A stretch of DNA of 64,000 nt from Clostridia bacterium (GTDB lineage Bacteria > Bacillota > Clostridia > TANB77 > CAG-465): NCBI GenBank assembly GCA_030524345.1, contig JAUNGP010000003.1, positions 3,775 to 67,774 of the forward strand, given 5' to 3'. Below, in pieces: positions 37,489 to 46,398 of this stretch (its first letter is position 1; each line of letters opens with the position of its first letter). A program made the position numbers and the translations under genes. The notes beneath the pieces were generated by a model. The model ran no database searches and was not told where the DNA came from. It saw only the letters and a program-made list of their open reading frames with translations.

Positions 37489-38190
37489 CTATTTTCTAAT
37501 TTCGTGAGTCACATTTTCCGTATAAATCGGGTTCCAGCACTTAAGAATATATGCCAGGTCAGTCTTTCCTTTTCTGAATGCGATGCAGTCTAAGGAGCCA
37601 GAAACAAAATATTTTGCATACTCTCCTTCTCTGAGTTTTAAAATATCTTCTTCAAATACTTCTTTTTTAGACTCGATTTCTTCATTCGTAAATGGATAGT
37701 TACCTTTCAGTATAACAACATCTCCATCTGTAGCTTGAGTCAAAGCTTTCTCCAGAGCATTCTTTTTGGTGACATATTTTTGATGACAATCCATATGGTA
37801 AAGTCTTTCATTTTCAGCATGTGTTTCTTCACGAAGTCTGTGGGCTTCCTTGATTGCTTCTTCCATGCTCAAGCCAGTAGGCAAAGTAAATTGATGAAGT
37901 TTTTCATTTTGCTCACTTCCAATCATTGCCTTGATGCTATTAGAATGATTTCTTATATTAATATAATTAACCTCTACGATATAAGAAATTCCTGCCAGAT
38001 TGTCTGCCTGGATACAAAACTTTCCTACCCGGCCAATGAAGTCTTCCATCTCTTCACCAATTTTCAGCTTTGGAAGCTTAATTCTATAAGTTTCAACAAG
38101 TTCCTTTGCTTTCTTACCTGCAATTAACTCCACCATCTTTAATACATCAACTTCTATCATGTTTTTTTCCTTTCGCCTCTTTTTAGGCAT
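37489..38190 (-). CDS. hypothetical protein (island gene 3; alternative start 38160)
   Basis: 233-aa ORF of about 38-40 % G+C by hand count. It has its own promoter and terminator. No family recognised. Confidence 0.6.
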   Translation of the reverse strand: MPKKRRKEKNMIEVDVLKMVELIAGKKAKELVETYRIKLPKLKIGEEMEDFIGRVGKFCIQADNLAGISYIVEVNYINIRNHSNSIKAMIGSEQNEKLHQFTLPTGLSMEEAIKEAHRLREETHAENERLYHMDCHQKYVTKKNALEKALTQATDGDVVILKGNYPFTNEEIESKKEVFEEDILKLREGEYAKYFVSGSLDCIAFRKGKTDLAYILKCWNPIYTENVTHEIRK

Positions 38191-38283
38191 CCTTTCCTAT
38201 TTTTTCATAAAAAATATCCTATATGAAGATAACGATTCCATTCATTATATTTATATAGAATTTTTTCTTTATGATACAATAAT

Positions 38284-38312
38284 ATTATATCATATTTTAA
38301 AGTTTATGTCAA
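38284..38312 (-). promoter_or_regulatory. consensus sigma-A promoter (island gene 3)
   Basis: Reverse strand reads TTGACA, 17 nt, TATAAT (ATGATATAAT). Confidence 0.6.
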
Positions 38313-38319
38313 CCAAAAA

Positions 38320-38347
38320 GAGGCATAAAGCCTAAGCCTTATACCTC
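38320..38347 (-). terminator. imperfect hairpin terminator (island gene 4)
   Basis: GAGGCATAAAGCCT / AAGCCTTATACCTC pairs at 11 of 14 positions and is followed by TTTTT on the reverse strand. Confidence 0.45.
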
Positions 38348-38359
38348 CCATCTCATCAA

Positions 38360-38695
38360 TTAACACATTCTCCACAGTTCCTGAAGTCTCATTTTAATAT
38401 CATACCTTTCATTTGACATATCATTTTCGTTCTCATCTGTCAAAAGCTCAAACACGTCATCAAAACTCATGTTTAAAACTTCGGCAGCTCCCTGAATCGA
38501 AAGCAAATATCTTTTCCAGACCTCATTTACTCCCGGAGCCGGAGACATTTTGTGTGTATAATCATATCCACAACTGTGACTCCCCATATGGCATTTTCCA
38601 TTACACTGCGGGCACAAAGCCCGATGAAATTTGTCCATTAACTCATCTGTTACTTCTTCAACAATTGCTGTTTTCTTTTCTACTTCATTACTCAT
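38360..38695 (-). CDS. hypothetical Cys/His-rich small protein (island gene 4)
   Basis: 111 aa with CPQCNGKCHMGSHSCGYDYTH. RBS is AAAGGAGGAAC. No family recognised. Confidence 0.6.
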   Translation of the reverse strand: MSNEVEKKTAIVEEVTDELMDKFHRALCPQCNGKCHMGSHSCGYDYTHKMSPAPGVNEVWKRYLLSIQGAAEVLNMSFDDVFELLTDENENDMSNERYDIKMRLQELWRMC

Positions 38696-38726
38696 ATGAA
38701 GTTCCTCCTTTATTTTAATACAAAAT

Positions 38727-38755
38727 ATTATATCATATTTTTAATATTATGTCAA
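38727..38755 (-). promoter_or_regulatory. consensus sigma-A promoter (island gene 4)
   Basis: Reverse strand reads TTGACA, 17 nt, TATAAT. It is about 27 of 32 identical to the promoter at 38284..38312. Confidence 0.6.
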
Positions 38756-38773
38756 TTGAATGAAAGGGCACAG

Positions 38774-38799
38774 AAAAAAAGTGCAAAATTCATTGCACT
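38774..38799 (-). terminator. hairpin terminator (island gene 5)
   Basis: AGTGCAA / TTGCACT stem followed by TTTTTTT on the reverse strand. Confidence 0.6.
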
Positions 38800-38831
38800 C
38801 TTCTCTCCAGAAATTTCCTTACAAGTATACC

Positions 38832-39113
38832 TCAAATCTTATGCTGGTACCTCCATGGTCTCTGGCATTCCTCCAAAAACGATTCCATACATTTACTCAG
38901 TCTCTTGCTCATTATCTCATCTGATTCTGTAACCGTCTCGAGTTCCCCTTCCACTTCAACAGACATTAACCGTTCTAAAATCTCAGGCTGATTCAAAATT
39001 TCATCTAAAAAGCCTGCCATTGAACCGCAGTTATAGTGTTGCAAAGATACTAAACTCAGTGCGGTACCACATTCTTCCATATTTATTGCCTCATCTTTGA
39101 CTTTTCTAGTCAT
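38832..39113 (-). CDS. hypothetical acidic small protein (island gene 5)
   Basis: 93 aa with an AAGGGAGGAC RBS, its own promoter and its own terminator. No family recognised. Confidence 0.6.
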   Translation of the reverse strand: MTRKVKDEAINMEECGTALSLVSLQHYNCGSMAGFLDEILNQPEILERLMSVEVEGELETVTESDEIMSKRLSKCMESFLEECQRPWRYQHKI

Positions 39114-39145
39114 GAAAAAGTCCTCCCTTATTTTTTTATGTAAAT

Positions 39146-39174
39146 ATTATATCATAATTTACTATGAATTTCAA
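39146..39174 (-). promoter_or_regulatory. sigma-A type promoter (island gene 5)
   Basis: Reverse strand reads TTGAAA, 17 nt, TATAAT (ATGATATAAT). Confidence 0.55.
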
Positions 39175-39210
39175 TAAAAGGATGTGTATTTTATTACGCT
39201 CTTCATTATT

Positions 39211-40857
39211 TTAACGGTAAAAGCATCCATTTCCAATAAATTCCCTAACAATAGAATCGACCGGAATATTTGAAGTTTCCATTGGTAAAAAATTGTTTAA
39301 ATACTCATAAAGTCTCCTTGCCTCAGCATAGAAAGGACTCGTTTTTTCTATTTGTAAAAGTAATGGCTGAGCAAATGTTTTCATAACACTAGGCTCATAT
39401 ATTAGACTAGAATTATATATATAATTCACATCTTCTACATAAGGAAATATGTATTTTTCCTCTCCCTTTTTGACATTACCCCAAAGTGCAAAGGTTTTCT
39501 CAACACTATGCCCACGCGTTGCAAAGTCCCTTACCATTCTTCTTAAAAATCTAATATCAGAAGAAGATACTTTCGTATATCCATCTATATTGAGTGTTAC
39601 AATTGGTGCTATATATATTTTATATTTGTTTTCGGCTGGTGTAAACTCTGTACAAATTGGATTTAAAGCATGTATTCCCTCAATAACTAAAATATCATTT
39701 TCTTTTAATGTTAAGAAATGACCATTATATTTTTTAGTACCAACTAAGAAATCAAACTCAGGAAGTTCAACAGTTTTTCCATTGATTAAATCTCTCATTT
39801 GACGATTAAATAGTTCAATATCTAAAGCCTCAACACACTCAAAATCATATTTTCCGTCTTCTCCAAGAGGAGTATCTTTTCTTTCTTTAAAATAATTATC
39901 CATTGAAATGGTAATAGGCCTATATCCTTTTAGTTTTAATTGAACACCCATCTTCTGAGCAAAGGTTGTTTTTCCAGAAGAAGATGGACCAGCAATTAAA
40001 ATCATTTTGATATTTTTATGCTTTTCAATATCTTGTATCATTTCAATCAGTTTTCTTTGGTGAATCGCCTCAGATACTTGAATGATTTCATTACTCTTAT
40101 TTTCAAGAATCATTTCATTCAAATTACCAATATTAGAAACACCAATCACTTCTTTTAGATTATTAAACTCTATGTATGCATCAAATAGCTTAGTATCTCT
40201 TATCTGGCTATCAAGTTCCATATGAATATTAGGTATTACAAGTAGTGCTCCTTTTTTATATTTTATTAAATCAAATTTTTTGATATATCCAGTGTCTGGT
40301 GCCAAAGCCCCATAAAAGCTATTATACATTCCATCACAAAAATACATACTGATATATGACTTTAATCTATTATCCATATTTTCAAGTTTATCTAAATCAT
40401 TTGACTCTGTATAAAGTACAGTTGCTTCTTCTAAAGATACAACCCTTTTTACAAGAGGTAATCTTTTTGCTATAATTTCTTCCATTTTACTTTTTATTTT
40501 CTTAATTTTTTCAGTTGTAATCTCCATATCATGAATTACAAAATACTGATTTCTATTAATTGTCGCAATAAACTCAACATCAGCTGTCGAATAAAGTTTT
40601 GTAAGAGCCATATAAAGTATCATTTTTAAAGTCCTAGAATATACTCTATATCCATCATCACTTTCAAACTTAACATATTCAATATTAGAATCTTTAACAA
40701 GTTCATATTGGTAATTTTTTACTTCATTATTTACTTTTAAAGATAAAATGTCATCTAAATTCTTTTCTACTAATTTTACCGCATCAATTGCAGATGTTTT
40801 ATATGGCACTTCTACTATTTTGTTATTTGGTAAAGTGACCTTAATGTTTTTATCCAT
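39211..40857 (-). CDS. uridine kinase / PRK-family nucleoside kinase with a long N-terminal (TGS-like) extension
   Basis: Walker A motif LIAGPSSSGKTTFAQK and ISMDNYF in the C-terminal half. The 548-aa architecture is common in Clostridia. Confidence 0.75.
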   Translation of the reverse strand: MDKNIKVTLPNNKIVEVPYKTSAIDAVKLVEKNLDDILSLKVNNEVKNYQYELVKDSNIEYVKFESDDGYRVYSRTLKMILYMALTKLYSTADVEFIATINRNQYFVIHDMEITTEKIKKIKSKMEEIIAKRLPLVKRVVSLEEATVLYTESNDLDKLENMDNRLKSYISMYFCDGMYNSFYGALAPDTGYIKKFDLIKYKKGALLVIPNIHMELDSQIRDTKLFDAYIEFNNLKEVIGVSNIGNLNEMILENKSNEIIQVSEAIHQRKLIEMIQDIEKHKNIKMILIAGPSSSGKTTFAQKMGVQLKLKGYRPITISMDNYFKERKDTPLGEDGKYDFECVEALDIELFNRQMRDLINGKTVELPEFDFLVGTKKYNGHFLTLKENDILVIEGIHALNPICTEFTPAENKYKIYIAPIVTLNIDGYTKVSSSDIRFLRRMVRDFATRGHSVEKTFALWGNVKKGEEKYIFPYVEDVNYIYNSSLIYEPSVMKTFAQPLLLQIEKTSPFYAEARRLYEYLNNFLPMETSNIPVDSIVREFIGNGCFYR

Positions 40858-40920
40858 AAAATCTTCCCCTTTTTATATAGTTTCATACATAGCTATTTTA
40901 ACATTTAAAGTATATTTTTT

Positions 40921-42246
40921 CTACTTCTTTTTCATATTTTCTAAAAAAACTTTTACAAAATCATGATTTGTTTTTGTTTTTACTATTATGTTCATAATTT
41001 TATCTACTAATTCTAAATTTGATAAATTAGAATTATTAGCAGACATAAGTCTACGAATATATGTACTACATTCTTGCTCTTCTTTTGTTAATAATAGATC
41101 TTCTCTTCTTGTACCAGATTTATATATATCAATTGCTGGAAATATTCTTCTCTCAGATAATTTTCTATCTAAATGTACTTCCATATTACCAGTTCCTTTA
41201 AATTCCTCGAAAATGATATCATCCATTCTACTTCCAGTATCTGCAAGAACTGTTGCAAGAATAGTTAAACTTCCTCCATTTTCAATATTTCTTGCTGCGC
41301 CAAAAAATTTCTTTGGAAAATGTAGACATGCTGGATCAAGTCCACCAGATAGGGTTCTTCCACTTGGTTCAACTTCCAAATTATTTGCCCTAGTAAGCCT
41401 TGTTAAACTATCCAATAATATCACAACATCTTTATTTTGTTCTACTAATCTTTTTGCTCTTTCAAGTACCATTTTTGAAACTTTAATATGATGTTCAGGA
41501 GACTCGTCAAAGGTTGAATGAATCACCTCTGCATCTATTGATCTTTCAATATCTGTTACTTCTTCTGGTCTCTCATCAATTAAAAGAACCATTAAAATAG
41601 TCTCAGGATTATTTGCCAAAATACCATTTGCAATTTGTTTTAATATAGTAGTTTTACCAGCTTTAGGTTGCGCTACAATAAGACCACGTTGTCCTTTTCC
41701 AATAGGTGCTAAAATATCAATAATTCTTGTAGCATATTCATTCTGTTTTGTTTCAAGTTTTAATCTTTCAGTTGGATAAATAGGAATTAAAGTATCAAAA
41801 TTTCTTCTTTTTAACGCAAGCTCAACTCTATCATCATTGATAGCATCAACATAAATAAGAGACGGAAACTTATTTTGCGGATCACTAGTAAATCTAGCAA
41901 TTCCTCTTAATTTATCACCCGTTGCAAGTTTAAATCTTCTAATCTGAACTTGTGATACATAAATATCTTTATTTCCAGGTAAGTAGTTATCGCTTCTTAA
42001 GAATCCAAATCCATCTGGTAATACCTCTAAAATTCCTTCTGCTATGTAATCTGTCTCTGGATTTTCAATTTGAATATTGATTTTTTCTTCAATTTCATTA
42101 TTGTCCTCCAAACTTTTTATAATTTCTTCTACTAAGTACTCTTTCTTTAGTCTTTCATATCCCTCTAATTTTAAATTTTCTGCAAGTGTTCTTAACTCTG
42201 CAAGTGTAGATTTTTTTAAATCTTCCTTTGTGTACATTTTCTTCAT
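40921..42246 (-). CDS. rho: transcription termination factor Rho
   Basis: N-terminal LAELRTLA, the RNA-binding GILEVLPDGFGFLR, Walker A PKAGKT, and LIDERPEEV. The real start may be the ATG at 42237, since AGGAGG abuts 42246. Confidence 0.95.
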   Translation of the reverse strand: MKKMYTKEDLKKSTLAELRTLAENLKLEGYERLKKEYLVEEIIKSLEDNNEIEEKINIQIENPETDYIAEGILEVLPDGFGFLRSDNYLPGNKDIYVSQVQIRRFKLATGDKLRGIARFTSDPQNKFPSLIYVDAINDDRVELALKRRNFDTLIPIYPTERLKLETKQNEYATRIIDILAPIGKGQRGLIVAQPKAGKTTILKQIANGILANNPETILMVLLIDERPEEVTDIERSIDAEVIHSTFDESPEHHIKVSKMVLERAKRLVEQNKDVVILLDSLTRLTRANNLEVEPSGRTLSGGLDPACLHFPKKFFGAARNIENGGSLTILATVLADTGSRMDDIIFEEFKGTGNMEVHLDRKLSERRIFPAIDIYKSGTRREDLLLTKEEQECSTYIRRLMSANNSNLSNLELVDKIMNIIVKTKTNHDFVKVFLENMKKK

Positions 42247-42253
42247 CCTCCTT

Positions 42254-43570
42254 TTAATCTATTACATCTGCAAATAAATCGTACTCATTAAAATCTATTA
42301 TTTTAACTTTTGCATATTCGCCAACAATTATTTTTTCTGTACTCTCTTTATCAATTTTTATATAGATTCTACCATCAACATCTGGAGCTTCCATCATTGA
42401 TCTACAAACAAAATAATTTTCATCCTCTGATACATCTTCGACGATGACTTCATATTCTTTTCCAACTCTATTTTTTCCTATTTCATAAGAGATTTTCTCT
42501 TGCGTCTCAAAAACTTTTCTTAGTCTTTCTTCCTTTAGCTTCTCTGGTATTTGTTCATTCATATCATACGCCTTTGTATCTTCTTCTCTAGAATAAGCAA
42601 AGGCTCCAAGTCTATCAAATCTTAAATCCTTGATACCATCTATCAATTCTTTGAAATCTTCTTCTGTCTCACCAGGAAATCCAGTTATCACAGTAGTCCT
42701 TAAAATAGCATCTGGAACTTTTTTTCTAATAGTTGCTATTCTTTCATAAATAAGCTCTTTAGTATCATGTCTATTCATAGCCTTTAACATTTTATCACTG
42801 AAATGCTGAATTGGTATGTCAAAATATTTGCAAACCTTATCATTTTTAGCTATTTCCTCTATCAACTCATCAGTTGTTTCAAATAAATACATATATAATA
42901 TTCTGATCCATTTTACTCCATCAATTTTACTCATTTTGTTAAGTAATTCTGAAAGCTTCAGACTGCCATATATATCAAGTCCATATTTAGATGTGTCTTG
43001 TGATATAATACAAAACTCACTGATTCCCTGGCTTGCTAACCCTTCTACCTCTTTTAATATGTCTTCCATCTTTCTACTTTTAAAAGGGCCTCTAATAAGT
43101 GGAATTGCACAATAACTACATCTATTATCACAGCCATCTGATATTCTTATATACGCTAAAGGAAAATTTGTTGATATTACTCTTTCGTTAAAATCTAACT
43201 TATGATTTAAATTTTTTTGATTAAAAAAGTTTGATAAAATCTTGTCAATATCTTCATATTCGTCTACTCCAATACAAAGATCAACTTCTGGAAGCGTTTC
43301 AATAATTTCTTTCTTATATCTTTTTACTAAACATCCAGTTGCAATTAAATACTTGCATCTTCCATTTTCTTTATAGTCTGCCATCTCAAGTATCGTATCT
43401 ATCGCTTCAATTTTTGCCGATTCTATAAATCCACAAGTATTTACAACAATTACATCTGCTTCCTTAGGATCATTTACAATATGAAAATGATTTCGTTTAA
43501 AAAATCCTAATATCATCTCGCTATCTACTTGGTTTTTACTACATCCAAGTGTAACTAATCCAATATTCAT
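42254..43570 (-). CDS. rimO: ribosomal protein S12 methylthiotransferase RimO
   Basis: Starts MNIGLVTLGCSKNQVDSE, has the radical-SAM cluster CDNRCSYC and a TRAM C-terminus. The start at 43570 follows AAAGGAGAGAG. The ORF track adds 22 residues. Confidence 0.9.
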   Translation of the reverse strand: MNIGLVTLGCSKNQVDSEMILGFFKRNHFHIVNDPKEADVIVVNTCGFIESAKIEAIDTILEMADYKENGRCKYLIATGCLVKRYKKEIIETLPEVDLCIGVDEYEDIDKILSNFFNQKNLNHKLDFNERVISTNFPLAYIRISDGCDNRCSYCAIPLIRGPFKSRKMEDILKEVEGLASQGISEFCIISQDTSKYGLDIYGSLKLSELLNKMSKIDGVKWIRILYMYLFETTDELIEEIAKNDKVCKYFDIPIQHFSDKMLKAMNRHDTKELIYERIATIRKKVPDAILRTTVITGFPGETEEDFKELIDGIKDLRFDRLGAFAYSREEDTKAYDMNEQIPEKLKEERLRKVFETQEKISYEIGKNRVGKEYEVIVEDVSEDENYFVCRSMMEAPDVDGRIYIKIDKESTEKIIVGEYAKVKIIDFNEYDLFADVID

Positions 43571-43678
43571 AACTCTCTCCTTTCGAATATAGCAAATTAT
43601 AGCATAAAAAGTCAAAAAAATAAAGTCAGACGACAAAATTCTACAAAATTAGTGGAGTTACGACATATTTTTTTATAT

Positions 43679-43707
43679 TTGACATAATAATATAAAAATG
43701 ATATAAT
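43679..43707 (+). promoter_or_regulatory. consensus sigma-A promoter
   Basis: TTGACA, 17 nt, TATAAT (TGn-extended). Confidence 0.6.
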
Positions 43708-43740
43708 GGATAGGCACTATAATTAAAGGAGGTCATAATT

Positions 43741-44103
43741 ATGACAAAATGTAACGCTATGCCAATTACGCAAGCAATTTTAAATGCTCACAAGCAGGTT
43801 AAGTCGGTCGCTTGGGATAATGTAGACATCGTTTATGATGAAATACGAGGAAATCCATATTATACTTTAAAGTTTTGCTACCATAGTAACAAATTAAAGT
43901 ATATCGAAGTATACGTATACTATAGGGAAAGACCAATTATGTTCATTACCGCAGAATTCATCGAAAACTTTCTAACAAATACAAAGAACTTAAGCAAAAA
44001 AAGAAAGCACAAGATTATCCACTGGGCAAATGAAAGATCAGCAAATCAAAAAGAAATCAAAAAACTAATAGTATTAAACTTATACAATTGTGGTGTTCTT
44101 TAA
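43741..44103 (+). CDS. hypothetical protein
   Basis: 120 aa with an AAAGGAGGT RBS, its own consensus promoter and a strong terminator. No family recognised. Confidence 0.6.
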   Translation: MTKCNAMPITQAILNAHKQVKSVAWDNVDIVYDEIRGNPYYTLKFCYHSNKLKYIEVYVYYRERPIMFITAEFIENFLTNTKNLSKKRKHKIIHWANERSANQKEIKKLIVLNLYNCGVL

Positions 44104-44109
44104 TTTGCT

Positions 44110-44135
44110 AACAGCCATATAACAATATGGCTGTT
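44110..44135. terminator. hairpin terminator
   Basis: AACAGCCATAT / ATATGGCTGTT stem followed by TTTTTTT. Confidence 0.75.
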
Positions 44136-44139
44136 TTTT

Positions 44140-44739
44140 TTATACACTATGATTCTCCCTTGCAATAATTGGTTGTATCTGAATTCCTTCTAAAGCATTT
44201 TCTATTGTACTAATTACATATGTATAATCTAACACGAGTGATTTTGGTTTTACTAAAAAATCATCTTGCCTAAATGGTATCAAATACATATTCTTAGTAT
44301 CAATAAGTTCTGCAATATTTTTAAGAGACTTACCAAGTCCATCATTTGTAGAAACACCAATTACTACTGGTTTATTATTTCTAATATGTGATTTTATTGC
44401 CATCAATACTGGCGTATCTGTAATTCCATTTGCAAGCTTTGCTAAAGTATTTCCAGTACAAGGACATATTACTATGATATCCACAAGATTTTTTGGTCCA
44501 ATAACTTCTGCTTTTACAATACTATCTATGACATTTTCACCAGTATTTTCTTCTAGCATTTTGATAAAATCCTTTGCTTTATAAAATCTAGTATTGAAGT
44601 TCTTAGCACAATCAGATACAATTGGAATAATTTTATTTACTTTTTGACGCTTTAAAGAATCAATCACACCTTTTACTTCAGAAAAATTACAAAATGAGCC
44701 AGTAATTGCTAGCCCAATATTTTTATTTTCAAGCTTCAC
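44140..44739 (-). CDS. dpaB: dipicolinate synthase subunit B (flavoprotein family)
   Basis: GLAITGSFCNF, DSIVKAEVIGPK, CPCTGNTLAKLANGITDTPVLMA, VSTNDGLG and IPFRQDD align along the full length with B. subtilis SpoVFB as I remember it. I place the start at GTG 44739, 8 nt after AGGAGG. Confidence 0.85.
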   Translation of the reverse strand: MKLENKNIGLAITGSFCNFSEVKGVIDSLKRQKVNKIIPIVSDCAKNFNTRFYKAKDFIKMLEENTGENVIDSIVKAEVIGPKNLVDIIVICPCTGNTLAKLANGITDTPVLMAIKSHIRNNKPVVIGVSTNDGLGKSLKNIAELIDTKNMYLIPFRQDDFLVKPKSLVLDYTYVISTIENALEGIQIQPIIARENHSV

Positions 44740-44937
44740 AAGTAACACCTCCTACTCATTATATTTTATGTTTTTGGTGTATCTTTGTGAATGAAAAATG
44801 TAAACTAAATCTTTAAAAATCCAATATATACTCACATTAATTTCAATAAAATCAAAGTGTCTTTTCATTCTAGTTAACATATTATTATAAAAATTCTAAG
44901 ATCCATTTCAAAGAATTTTTATCTATTTATATTTTTT

Positions 44938-46275
44938 CTATATGCCTAAATACTCTTTTGTATTCATAACAATTACATCTGTATAAATCCCTATTTTTTG
45001 AAGTACATTATTTATCTCATCTTTATTCGTAATATATCCAAGCTCTAAAAGATATGTTTCTACTCCAACATTTGAATTCCAATATGGATTATCACCAAAG
45101 TTGCCATTTCTTCCATCAACATATGCGCCAGTCATGATTCCACCAGATTCTCTAATCACTCCATAATAGGAAGTATGACTTGTTATATCATATGGCTCAA
45201 AGCCATAGTCATTTGCATATTCTATCATTTCTTCCATCTCTTTATCCGAAAAGGTTCTTACATAAACACCATCATAAATTTTCCATACATTATTAGGAGA
45301 ATAAGAAGCACCAGCTTTTTCTACCAAACTCTTTGCAAGAGTTTGTGAAAATGCCAAATCTGAGCTATTAGGAGAATAAATCTCAACTCCACTTACTTCT
45401 TGGTTTAAACTACTATTGAAATGAATAGAAAGCTGAAGTTTAGCTTTTACTTCATTTGCAATAATATATCTACCACCCTCACCATAGGTATCCATTCTAG
45501 TTTCATTCTCTTCTCTTGTTAATTTAACCTTCAGTCCTAATCTTTCAAATTTTCTTTTTAAAAGCTCTGCATACTCTAATGTAATTTCTGATTCTATATA
45601 TCCATTACCACTTGCGCCTTCATCAGCTCCACCATGGCCTGCGTCAATTACAATATCATAAACATTTTCAGGTAATTTGCAACTTTTAACATCTATATAC
45701 AATGTCGTAATGTATTTATTAGGAATCTCGTTAAATAATAGATTCACTTCGTTGTTAGAATTCCCTTTTGTGATCGTATAATACGTGATATTATCATATT
45801 CTGTCTGATTGACGATAGCATAATAATAGTCTCTTGTAATTTTGTTATTATGATCTATCTCTTGAGTAGTTACTTTTAGTACTACGTAATATTTTCCAAC
45901 ATCAATATCTTCAAGGTTGATACCAGTATTAATATTATCTGATGTTGTAAATAAGATTTCATCACTCTTTATGTTATAATCTAAAAAATACTCTAAATCT
46001 TTTCCACTTTGATCTCGAAGAAGTATTTTTGCCTCCGAAATATTTTTTAAACGCTCTTGATGATCTATTTTTATTGTTAAATTAAAATGTGTTCCATAAA
46101 CAGTATATTGAGTTAAAGTTGCCTCTCCCAAATCGATTTTTTCAAAGAGCTCCATATCTTTTGAAAAAACGGATACAGATCTAGCATTCATTGCCATAAT
46201 TGTTATTAAGATTCCCAAAGCTAAAACAGAGATGATAGCAAAGGAAATTATCGCAACTTTTTCCTTATTTTCCAT
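44938..46275 (-). CDS. membrane-anchored N-acetylmuramoyl-L-alanine amidase (Amidase_3)
   Basis: N-terminal TM segment, a ~190-aa unknown domain, then IVIDAGHGGADEGASGNGYIESEITL...HFNS. Confidence 0.8.
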   Translation of the reverse strand: MENKEKVAIISFAIISVLALGILITIMAMNARSVSVFSKDMELFEKIDLGEATLTQYTVYGTHFNLTIKIDHQERLKNISEAKILLRDQSGKDLEYFLDYNIKSDEILFTTSDNINTGINLEDIDVGKYYVVLKVTTQEIDHNNKITRDYYYAIVNQTEYDNITYYTITKGNSNNEVNLLFNEIPNKYITTLYIDVKSCKLPENVYDIVIDAGHGGADEGASGNGYIESEITLEYAELLKRKFERLGLKVKLTREENETRMDTYGEGGRYIIANEVKAKLQLSIHFNSSLNQEVSGVEIYSPNSSDLAFSQTLAKSLVEKAGASYSPNNVWKIYDGVYVRTFSDKEMEEMIEYANDYGFEPYDITSHTSYYGVIRESGGIMTGAYVDGRNGNFGDNPYWNSNVGVETYLLELGYITNKDEINNVLQKIGIYTDVIVMNTKEYLGI

Positions 46276-46310
46276 ATTTCACCTACCATTACACCTAAAG
46301 TGCTGATTTA

Positions 46311-46339
46311 ATTATATAACAGTAGTTTTGAAAATTCAA
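46311..46339 (-). promoter_or_regulatory. sigma-A type promoter for the amidase gene
   Basis: Reverse strand reads TTGAAT, 17 nt, TATAAT. Confidence 0.5.
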
Positions 46340-46348
46340 TAATAAAAA

Positions 46349-46379
46349 AATGCATTTAGAACTTTTTTCTAAATACATT
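46349..46379 (-). terminator. terminator after lexA
   Basis: AATGCATTTAGA / TCTAAATACATT stem (11 of 12 bp) followed by TTTTTTT on the reverse strand. Confidence 0.6.
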
Positions 46380-46398
46380 TTTCTCTTCTTATGATTTG

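Noticed and set aside
37735-38932. Plus-strand ORFs 37735..38127, 38413..38718 and 38696..38932 inside the higher-GC island.
   Set aside because: Each is antisense to a minus-strand ORF that has its own RBS, promoter and terminator. The plus-strand ORFs run through those terminators and promoters and lack RBSs.
36047-39174. I considered interpreting the higher-GC island as a prophage remnant, an ICE or a known defence system.
   Set aside because: I found no integrase, no phage structural or replication genes, no att-like flanking repeats, and no recognisable defence domains (nuclease, ATPase, TIR, SIR2, reverse transcriptase and so on). Only the compositional and transcription-unit observations are reported.
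40988-41491. 167-aa plus-strand ORF inside rho (also 42077..42277, 42816..43115 and 39449..39721).
   Set aside because: It is antisense to rho, rimO and the udk-like gene. It has low-complexity S/L/I/F composition and no translation signals.
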